From Trichodesmium erythraeum IMS101 (GTDB lineage: Bacteria; Cyanobacteriota; Cyanobacteriia; Cyanobacteriales; Microcoleaceae), in the NCBI RefSeq assembly GCF_000014265.1, contig NC_008312.1, positions 6,450,001-6,482,000 of the forward strand: a DNA stretch of 32,000 nucleotides, written 5' to 3'. Every line of letters begins with the position of its first letter. Within the stretch, counting starts at the first letter, position 1. Shown here one piece after another: positions 8,807 through 17,500 of the stretch. A model generated the notes under the pieces. The model ran no database searches and was not told the DNA's origin. It saw nothing but the letters and a program-made list of their open reading frames with translations. The position numbers were made by a program, and so were the translations under genes.

Positions 8807-10912
8807 ATGCAAAACCAACCTCATTCCCAAATACAACAACAAAAATTACCTAACCAAAGGTGGTTGATACATCCAGAAAAACCAGAAATTACTAACAATT
8901 TAGCTAAAACTCTAGAAATATCACCCTTAATAGCTCAGAGTCTTATTAACCGCGATATTTCTACTATCGAAGAAGCACAAGTATTTTTAGACCCTGGGTC
9001 AATAAAACTACCTTCTCCAATACAAGAATTTCCCGACTTAGAGATCGCTCTTAACTTATTACAAACCACAATTTCCCAAAAGAAAAAAATTGCTATTTGT
9101 GGTGACTATGATGCAGATGGCATGACTAGCACTGCTTTATTATTGCGGAGTTTTAAACATTTGGGAGCAAAAGTTGACTACGCTATTCCCAGTAGAATGC
9201 AGGAAGGTTATGGTATCAATGAACGCATTATTGAAGAATTTCATCAAGAAGGAGTCAGTCTCATCCTGACTGTAGACAATGGTATCTCTGCATATAAACC
9301 TATCGCTAGAGCTCGGGAACTTGGTTTAAATGTTATTATTACTGACCACCATGACATTCCACCTGAGCTACCACCTGCTAACGCTATTCTTAACCCCAAA
9401 CTCATTTCCGAAACTTCTCCTTATCAAGGTGTGGCAGGTGTGGGAGTTGCTTATATTTTGGCACTATCTCTGGCAAAACGTCTCGACAAACTTTCAGGTT
9501 TAACTGACCCACTTTTAGAATTATTCACTTTAGGTACTATTGCTGACTTGGCACCTTTAACTGGAGTTAACCGTCGCTGGGTGAAACAAGGGTTGCAACT
9601 TTTACCCCATTCCCAGTTAGCGGGGGTACGAGCATTAATTCAAGTATCTGATGTTAAAGCACAAGCGCAGGGAAATTTGAAAGAAACTAAGAATCAAAAA
9701 TCTCTGAAACCAGATGATATTGGCTTTCGTCTTGGTCCCCGTATTAATGCAGTGGGACGCATTGCTGATCCACAAATTGTTATTGAACTTTTAACGACGG
9801 ATGATAAAGAAGTGGCGGCAACAAGGGCGAAACAGTGTCAAGAAATTAATCAAACACGGCAGGAGTTATGTGCAGAAATTGAACAACAGGCGATCACTTG
9901 GTGTGAGGAGAGTCAGATAAATTTTGAGAAGGAAAGGGTGTTGGTCGTTGTACAACCAGGATGGCATCATGGGGTTATTGGTATTGTGGCTTCCCGGTTG
10001 GTGGAACGTTATGGGGTGCCTGTTTTTATTGGCAGTTATGAGGAGGAGCAAGGGCCAGATGCAAATTTGGCAAGTTCTCCAGGGGTTATGTTTGCTTCAT
10101 CTGAAACAACTTATACAATTCGGGGTTCTGCTCGCGGTATTCCTGAGTTTCATGTTTTTGAAGGGTTACAATTTTGTGATGACCTATTAGGAAAATATGG
10201 TGGTCATAAAGCAGCGGGGGGTTTTTCTTTGCCTGGAAAAAATTTAGATGAGTTTCGCTCCCGTTTGAGTGAGTTTGCTCATCAATGTTTAAAAATTCAT
10301 CACTTAAAACCTTTAATTACTATTGATGCTGAAGCCGAATTTAAGGAGCTCAATTTTGACCTTTATCATCAAATAGATTTACTTCATCCCTGCGGAATTG
10401 AAAATAGATCTCCGATTTTTTGGACTTCTAATGTCCGAGTTGCAGAACAGAAAATTGTTGGTGCAGGGCATATTAAATTAACTTTAATTAAGTCAGAAAT
10501 AATCAAGGCGATCGCTTGGCGTTGGGGAGATTATTTTCGTTTACCAAGCTTAGTTGATATTGCTTACAAATTGCGTGAAAATACTTTTAATGGTCAAACT
10601 TCTATTGAATTAGAGTTAGTTGGTGTGCGTTTACCTCAGAAAGTTTATGCTAATCAAAAATCGTCACATTTACCCCCAATTAAAAAGTTTTATTATCGCA
10701 ATTGCTCTTATACTTGTAGTCTTTATAAAGTTGGAAATTTACAGGAATTAAGAATCCAAAATTCCCGTGGTGACGTCTTAGCTATTCAAAAAGGGAAAAG
10801 AATAGGTTTGTTAGGAAAAAGCCGCAATAATGCGCAACAAGTCGATGTTTCTAAACCTCACTTTTTTCATTTAATTAAGGCAGCTATAAATGCTTTAAAC
10901 CTCAATTTATAA
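8807..10912 (+). CDS. recJ: single-stranded-DNA-specific exonuclease RecJ
   Basis: 701 aa with DHH-family motifs (ICGDYDADGMTS, LILTVDNG, ITDHHD) and the DHHA1 motif GGHKAAGG. A C-terminal OB-like extension follows. Confidence 0.9.
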   Translation: MQNQPHSQIQQQKLPNQRWLIHPEKPEITNNLAKTLEISPLIAQSLINRDISTIEEAQVFLDPGSIKLPSPIQEFPDLEIALNLLQTTISQKKKIAICGDYDADGMTSTALLLRSFKHLGAKVDYAIPSRMQEGYGINERIIEEFHQEGVSLILTVDNGISAYKPIARARELGLNVIITDHHDIPPELPPANAILNPKLISETSPYQGVAGVGVAYILALSLAKRLDKLSGLTDPLLELFTLGTIADLAPLTGVNRRWVKQGLQLLPHSQLAGVRALIQVSDVKAQAQGNLKETKNQKSLKPDDIGFRLGPRINAVGRIADPQIVIELLTTDDKEVAATRAKQCQEINQTRQELCAEIEQQAITWCEESQINFEKERVLVVVQPGWHHGVIGIVASRLVERYGVPVFIGSYEEEQGPDANLASSPGVMFASSETTYTIRGSARGIPEFHVFEGLQFCDDLLGKYGGHKAAGGFSLPGKNLDEFRSRLSEFAHQCLKIHHLKPLITIDAEAEFKELNFDLYHQIDLLHPCGIENRSPIFWTSNVRVAEQKIVGAGHIKLTLIKSEIIKAIAWRWGDYFRLPSLVDIAYKLRENTFNGQTSIELELVGVRLPQKVYANQKSSHLPPIKKFYYRNCSYTCSLYKVGNLQELRIQNSRGDVLAIQKGKRIGLLGKSRNNAQQVDVSKPHFFHLIKAAINALNLNL

Positions 10913-11074
10913 GCTGATATTTATAACCGTGGTGCATTGTATTTATTGCACTACCGGATAAGTTATACTAAATCCTATTTATATAGGAAGTTTATTGAAA
11001 AGTTCAGCCATAAGGTTTAAAAGAATTTGGATAAAGTGGCAAATTATGAGTTATATAGGGTCATAAATGTGTTG

Positions 11075-11129
11075 ACTACATTTTCTTCAATAAGGAAGTA
11101 GGTAGAAAGTTTATATGCAACTTCCTTAT
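11075..11129 (+). repeat. short dispersed intergenic repeat, copy A (ACTACATTTTCTT ... AGTAGGTAG), containing a 10-bp perfect hairpin
   Basis: The 13-mer ACTACATTTTCTT (11075-11087) and the 9-mer AGTAGGTAG (11097-11105) both recur at 23185-23209. The arms ATAAGGAAGT (11090-11099) and ACTTCCTTAT (11120-11129) are perfect complements. The copy lies between the convergent recJ and RTX gene ends. Confidence 0.8.
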
Positions 11130-11219
11130 AGAATAGTTATTCACCACTACAACATCTAATTACACCAAGACTATCGAATCTTAATATAAATTATGCTCTC
11201 TACCCTTTGCATTTTCCTA

Positions 11220-14168
11220 TCAAATAAACTTAAAGTCTGAAGAATCAATAATAGTATTAATAGCATCAGAAAAAACAGGAATATTATTGATAACTGCTAA
11301 ATCAAAAGCAGGACTATTGTCGTCCTGAAGATTAGGGTCATATCCTAGAATAACTTTGCTATTTAAACTATTATTGACATAAATAAAGAAAGCTGGATTT
11401 GTACCAGAACCATTTTGATTTTTCAAAATAGAATTAACTTGCTGTACATTTTCAAATTTATTCTCAAAAATAATCAATTCTTGTTCGCTAATATTTTGAC
11501 CTTGTGAACCTAAATTATCCAGAGAAACTATTACACTGAAAAATTCTGTAGCAGTACCAGGAGGATTAGTTAAATTACCAAAGTTCTTCGATCTAAACAA
11601 AAATGCATCTACATTATCCCCATTAAAATCAGTAATCACATCAACTCCTTCGTTAGGTACTTCAAAGAAGAAAGAATCAGCTCCTTGATTACCAGTTAGT
11701 CTGTCAGAACCAAATCCACCATTTAATATATCATCTCCTAAACTTCCATTAATAGAATCGTTACCTTCTGTTCCACTTAAGAAATCGTTTCCTTCATTAC
11801 CGTCAAGAGTGTCAGATCCTGAGCCACCAAACAAAGAGTCATCACCTATGCCACCTAGAATACTGTCACTATCAGCACCCCCATTAATAGTATCGTTACC
11901 GGAATCACCTCTAAGAGTATCATTTCCTAGATTACCCAATAGGGAGTCGTTGTCATCTCCTCCAGATAGGGAATCATTATCTGTACCGCCGTCAAGGGTA
12001 TCATCACCTAGCCCACCTTCAAGAGTATCTTGTTGTTCTGCTCCTAATAATAGATCGTTGCCACCTTGTCCTAACAAAGAGTCATTATCAGCACCACCAT
12101 CAAGAGTATCGTCCCCTATTCCTCCAAATAATGTGTCAGTTTCTTCTCCTCCAAATAAAGAGTCGTTACCAGCTTCGCCTAATAAGATATCTTCTCCAGC
12201 TCCGCCATCTAAAATATCATCTCCATTACCACCACTGAGAGTATCGTTGCCAGAATTTCCTATTAAGTAATCACTTTCTTGAGTACCATTAATGTTATTA
12301 TTACCATTTCCTCTTTCAATAATATTATCAACCACTCTAATGCTAAAAGATGTACTGGCAATACTTCCGCCATCACCATCAGAGACAGAAAAGAAAAAAG
12401 GAAAATTACCTGCTGTATTACCAGGAGTATACAGAATTAAATTGTTATTAATATCAGCCTGAGAGAAAGTATCATTCTGATTAAGACGTTTATTAACCAA
12501 TCTAAGATTACCTTGTATTGGTGTTCTAATAAGGTTGTAGGTAATTTCTTCTATTGTGTTGTCGGTATCTGTAACTAAAAGATTAGTATTTAATATATTT
12601 TGTCTGGCTCCATTTTTGAGAAGAATAATACCTCGGTTGTTTGCTAACTGTGGTGGATCGTTGACTTTGATATTAACTTGGGCAGTATCAGAATTATTAT
12701 TCCCGTCACTAATACTATAGCTGAAACTATCATTTCCCTTAAATGCAGGATTAGGAGTGTATACATAAGTTATACTATTTTCTTTTAGTAACGATCCGTT
12801 TTGTGGTCTATCTATAGCTGAAATACTGAAAGGATCTCCTTCTGGATCAGAGTCGTTTTCTAGGAGTTTTTCAGCAGTAATAGTTAATGGTTCATCTTTA
12901 TTAGTTATGAAGTTATCATCCTCTGCTTTGGGTGGCAAATTAGAAGGTGTTGGTGTTGGTGTTGGTGTTGGTGCTGGTGTTGGTGTTGGTGCTGGTGCTG
13001 GCGCAGGTATTGGTGCTGGCGCAGGTGCTGGTGTGACCCCAGCACTTATTCCTAGGGGTATTGATACTGTTACTGTTAATAAGTCACTGTTAGTACCACC
13101 TACACTAACAATTGTGTTACCGGGGTTGTTTATGGGTTCTACAATATTTGGTGTGGGTGCTGGTGTTACGATTGGCGTGGGTGCTGGTGTTACAATTGGT
13201 GTGGGTGTTGGTGTAACTCTAGGAGGTGTTGCTCTGGGTAGTGAGACTGTTACAAAACTACTAGAGTCAATAGTGCTACTTTCAACTCCTGCTAATACTG
13301 CTAGGAAGTCACCATTAGTACCACCTACACTAATAATTGTATTATCGGGGTTTTCTTCGGATGGAAAAATACTTAGATCTTCAAATGTCAAACCGTTACT
13401 AAGATTAATTAAATCTTCATTGCTGAAGTCACTTATAAAGTCTGCACCACTAACTCCTGGACTTTCTGAGTTGGGTTCAAGATTAAAAGTATCTTGTCCA
13501 ATACCACCTGTAAGTGTATCTTTACCAATGTCTCCTGAGAGAAAGTCTGCACCAACTCCTCCTTCTAGAGAGTCTGCATCTTTGCCACCAAAAAGTACAT
13601 CATCTCCTGCGTTCCCTTCTAGAATATCTCTACCTGTTTCTCCAAATAAAGTATCTCCACCATCATTTCCTAATAAGCGATCGTCACCTACACCGCCAAC
13701 TATTGTATCATTGCCAATATCCCCATTAACTACGTCATTGCCTCGATCGCCAAATAATAAGTCATCCTCTCCACCACCTATAATACTATCATTATCTTTA
13801 CCTCCAAAAATACTATCGTCACCTTCATTTCCCAATATGGTATCATTTTCGCGATCGCCAAATAATATATCACTACCACTATTTCCTAGGAAAATATCTA
13901 AACCTTTCCCCCCCCGTAAACAATCATTTCCCAGACCTCCGTCGAGAAAATCATTTCCGGCATTGCCGTTCATGTAGTCTTGACCTTCACCCCCAAGGAG
14001 GGAGTCATTTTCATCTAGAGCAAAAACTGTATCATCTCCTGACAATGCTCTAATTAGATCACTTCTTGAACTTCCAATTATGGAGTCGCTCAGAGGAGTT
14101 CCCTCTCCCAAACTTTCAATAAAAATTGTTGGTGCTAGTTCGACTTGTTGTTTAACTGTTTGTGCCAT
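11220..14168 (-). CDS. large secreted RTX (hemolysin-type Ca-binding repeat) protein with cadherin/Ig-like modules, a probable type I secretion substrate
   Basis: 982 aa with no signal peptide. Domain order: N-terminal RTX nonapeptide block (GGKDNDSIIGGGEDDLLFGDRGNDVVNGDIGNDTIVGG), Pro/Thr/Ala linkers, two ~100-aa Ig/cadherin-like modules (NDSDPEGDPFSISAI...SFSYSISDGNNNSDTAQVNIKVN), a second RTX block, then a ~150-aa C-terminal domain ending SDFKFI. A GAGGA Shine-Dalgarno-like sequence lies ~10 nt upstream of the ATG. Confidence 0.85.
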   Translation of the reverse strand: MAQTVKQQVELAPTIFIESLGEGTPLSDSIIGSSRSDLIRALSGDDTVFALDENDSLLGGEGQDYMNGNAGNDFLDGGLGNDCLRGGKGLDIFLGNSGSDILFGDRENDTILGNEGDDSIFGGKDNDSIIGGGEDDLLFGDRGNDVVNGDIGNDTIVGGVGDDRLLGNDGGDTLFGETGRDILEGNAGDDVLFGGKDADSLEGGVGADFLSGDIGKDTLTGGIGQDTFNLEPNSESPGVSGADFISDFSNEDLINLSNGLTFEDLSIFPSEENPDNTIISVGGTNGDFLAVLAGVESSTIDSSSFVTVSLPRATPPRVTPTPTPIVTPAPTPIVTPAPTPNIVEPINNPGNTIVSVGGTNSDLLTVTVSIPLGISAGVTPAPAPAPIPAPAPAPTPTPAPTPTPTPTPSNLPPKAEDDNFITNKDEPLTITAEKLLENDSDPEGDPFSISAIDRPQNGSLLKENSITYVYTPNPAFKGNDSFSYSISDGNNNSDTAQVNIKVNDPPQLANNRGIILLKNGARQNILNTNLLVTDTDNTIEEITYNLIRTPIQGNLRLVNKRLNQNDTFSQADINNNLILYTPGNTAGNFPFFFSVSDGDGGSIASTSFSIRVVDNIIERGNGNNNINGTQESDYLIGNSGNDTLSGGNGDDILDGGAGEDILLGEAGNDSLFGGEETDTLFGGIGDDTLDGGADNDSLLGQGGNDLLLGAEQQDTLEGGLGDDTLDGGTDNDSLSGGDDNDSLLGNLGNDTLRGDSGNDTINGGADSDSILGGIGDDSLFGGSGSDTLDGNEGNDFLSGTEGNDSINGSLGDDILNGGFGSDRLTGNQGADSFFFEVPNEGVDVITDFNGDNVDAFLFRSKNFGNLTNPPGTATEFFSVIVSLDNLGSQGQNISEQELIIFENKFENVQQVNSILKNQNGSGTNPAFFIYVNNSLNSKVILGYDPNLQDDNSPAFDLAVINNIPVFSDAINTIIDSSDFKFI
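12946..13034 (-). repeat. hexamer-based coding tandem repeat (GGTGTT/GGTGCT/GGCGCA units) encoding a PAPAPTPTP linker in the 982-aa RTX protein
   Basis: Read directly. It corresponds to PAPAPAPIPAPAPAPTPTPAPTPTPTPTP in the protein. Confidence 0.9.
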
Positions 14169-14236
14169 CTTAATTTTTCCTCATAATTATTTTTGGGAAA
14201 TCTCTTACATCAATGTGGGATTATTGTAATAGTTTT

Positions 14237-14402
14237 GTGGAATGAGCATCTTATATCATGTACCCTTGAATACTTATACTCTGGATGAGTTGGGCAGAAG
14301 AGAACAAAAAGCACTTATGGCAGAATGTTTTTGATCACTTATTACCCCGACATGATATTACCAGTTCCTTATATTTTCTGGCGGATAGGATGCTCATCCC
14401 AC
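14237..14402. repeat. nested imperfect inverted repeat in the spacer between the two RTX genes
   Basis: Outer arms are GTGGAATGAGCATC (14237-14250) and GATGCTCATCCCAC (14389-14402), complementary at 13 of 14 positions. Inner arms are ATATCATGT (14253-14261) and ACATGATAT (14351-14359), which are perfect complements. Confidence 0.6.
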
Positions 14403-14575
14403 TTGCGTGAAATAGTATAACATCCTTTAATTTAGCAACTCCTTTTTTCGCCTTTTTGAGAAAGGGAAGGAAGTAGAATGTTTTTAATGACTCGTTGGCC
14501 AAGAGCGTGATTACTTTTTCGGTAAAGCTCTAAGTTTTAAGTCCTTAGCATGAAACATCTCTGCTTATTCTCCAT

Positions 14576-17500
14576 TTATATAAAGTCAAAATCATCTGCC
14601 TCAATAATAGTTGAAATTTTATCTTTTTCTGGTTCAATAGATTCAAGGATACCTAACTCAAAAGTAGGCAAGGTATCATTAGCCAAACTGGCGTCATAAC
14701 CAAGAATATATTTGTTACTTTGACTATTAAGGTAAAGAAAGAAAGCAGGGCGATCGGCAGATCCATTTTGTACATTTAAGGCAGCATTAACTGCTTGTGC
14801 ATCATCAAACTTTCCTTCAAAAATAACCAATTTAGCATCAGCAATACTCAGACCTTCAGAACCAATATTTTCGTCCTGGAGAATTACACTAGAAAAATCA
14901 TTATTAGAAAAATCATCATTGTTCAAACCACCAAAGTTAACAGATGTAAACAGGAATTTATCATCACCTTTACTGTCAAAATCAAGGATGATATCAATAC
15001 CTTGATCAGCCACCTCATAAAAAAATAAATCATTCCCACCACCACCTATTAACCTGTCAGAACCAGAATTTCCAGTTATAGTATCATTGCCAAGACCACC
15101 ATTAATCCGATCATTGTCATCACCACCTTGGATAGAATCATCTCCTATGTCACCCAAAATAATGTCTTGACCAGAACCACCATCTATAGTGTCATTACCA
15201 TCATCACCTACCATTGAGTCATCACCATCTTCTCCAAATATTGAGTCGTTTTCTGAACCCCCTAAAACGGTATCTGCTCCACCGCCACTAATAATAGTAT
15301 CGTTATTAGGACCACCATCTATTAAATCACTACCTTCTCCTCCAGTTACAGAGTCGTTATCAACTCCACTGCGAATAGTATCATTACCTGTATTCCCAGC
15401 TATACTATCTTGTCCATCTACTCCCAGAATAGAATCGTCACCTGCTCCTCCAATAATACTATCGTCACCATCTCCTCCTACTAAACTATCGTTATCTGCC
15501 TCCCCAAAGATACTGTCATTTCCTTGACTTCCCAAAATACTATCATTACCGCTACCACCAAAGACACTGTCGTTACCATCTCCCCCTATCATAGTATCTT
15601 GTTGAGTTCCACCAGATAGACAGTCATCACCAGAGTTACCAAAAATAGAATCATTTCCTTCATCACCACTAATATAGTCACTGTTATCCCCACCATCAAT
15701 AATATCATCTCCTGCTAATCCGAAAATGTTATTACTTAGGGCAGTACCAGTGAAGTTATTAGCTTTATTAGTTAATGTTCTAGTATCATCAGCTATACCG
15801 ATACTGAACGAAGTTAAAGGAACTTTACCACCATAAGTATCAGAAACGGTATAGCTGAAAAAGTCATTGCCTGCTGTATCATCGGGAGTAAATTGTAGTA
15901 AGTTACTATCAATATCTTGTTGAGTGAAAGTATCTTCTTTTCGTAACCGGGATGATCCTTTTCTGAGAATACCTAAATCTGGAGCATCTTCTATTGTATA
16001 AGTTAAGGTTAAATCATCAGGAATATCATCAGCATAAGAAACTTGCAAATTATTGGAAGTAATGAAATTTATACCTGAATCTTTTTCTATCACTATACCA
16101 GTATTTTTAACTAGCTCTGGTTTTTGGTTCACTGTAATTGTTACATTAGCACTATCACTTCCCCCATCGCCATCACTAATAGTATAGCTGAAACTATCAG
16201 AACCAACAAAGTCAGTATCTGGAGTGTACTCAAATATTCCATTGCTTTTCTTCACTAACTCTCCATTGGAAACCGTACCAAAATCAGTTACTGTCAGTGG
16301 TTTTTCTTCAGGGTCAGAGTCGTTTGTTAAGACATTGATCTCTACAGATATATCTTGACTAGCTTCTAGCTCATCATCTTGCGCATTAGGTGAAAGGTTG
16401 GGAATAGGTGGAGCTGTCGGTGTTGGTGCTTCTGTCGGTGTTGGTGTTTCTGTGGGTGTTGGTGCCTCTGTGGGTGTTGGTGCCTCTGTCGGTGTTGGTG
16501 CTTCTGTCGGTGTTGGTGCTTCTGTCGGTGTTGGTGCCTCTGTCGGTGTTGGAGTAGGAATAGGAAACCCACTAGCACCAATAAAATTACCAGAATTAAT
16601 ACTATTACTATCAACTCCTACTAAAATAGCTAAGAAAGGACCATCAGAACGATTCTGAATTATTGTATTACGGCCTTCTAACGTAGGACTTTCATAAATA
16701 ACTAAATCGTTAAAACCAAGACCACCTCCTAGACTAATTAGGTCTATATTATTGTTAAAGTCGGCAATAACATCTGCGTCAAAAACTTCCAAAGCACCAT
16801 TTTCAGGACTAATAAAAAATGTATCATTACCCTCACCACCTATCAGAGTATCTGTGCCTAAACCTCCCCCTAAAGAGTCGTTGCCAGAATCTCCTTGAAC
16901 TTGGTCGTTACCATCTCCACCATTTATAGTATCGTTATCTTCGTTGCCACTCAGCAGGTCTGCTCCTGAACCTCCAAATATTGAATCGTTGCCTGAACCA
17001 CCAAATGCTTGGTCATTGTCTTCTTCCCCAAAGAGAGTATCATTCCCATCACCTCCAAACAAGCGATCAACCCCTAGACCACCACTAAGAACATCTTCCC
17101 CCGCGTCACCATTAACATTATCATTACCCTCCCCACCAAAAACACTATCGTTACCATTTCCACCAGTAACCGCATCATCCCCTTTGTCTCCATATACGAA
17201 ATCATCTCCTGCATCACCAGAAACATTATCGTCATCTTTACCCCCAAATATAGTATCTCTACCATCCCCTCCATTTACAATATCATTCTCGCGATCGCCA
17301 AACAATAAATCATTACCATCTTCTCCTAACACAAGATCATCATCTTTTCCTCCACGAACATTATCATTTCCTGGGTTTCCTATTACTGTATCATTCCCCC
17401 GACCTCCGTTAATAAAATCGTTATCGGCATCACCTCTAATTTCATCGTTGCTAGCTTCACCAAAAATACTATCGTCACCCCCAGCTCCAAATATTACATC

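Noticed and set aside
9866-10190. ORFs 9866-10051 (-) and 9924-10190 (+).
   Set aside because: Both are embedded in recJ and give no recognisable translations.
11090-11129. The 10-bp perfect hairpin between the convergent recJ and RTX genes was considered as a bidirectional intrinsic terminator.
   Set aside because: There is no U-tract on either strand after the stem, and the loop is 20 nt. I report it as part of a dispersed repeat instead. A role in 3'-end formation remains possible but unsupported.
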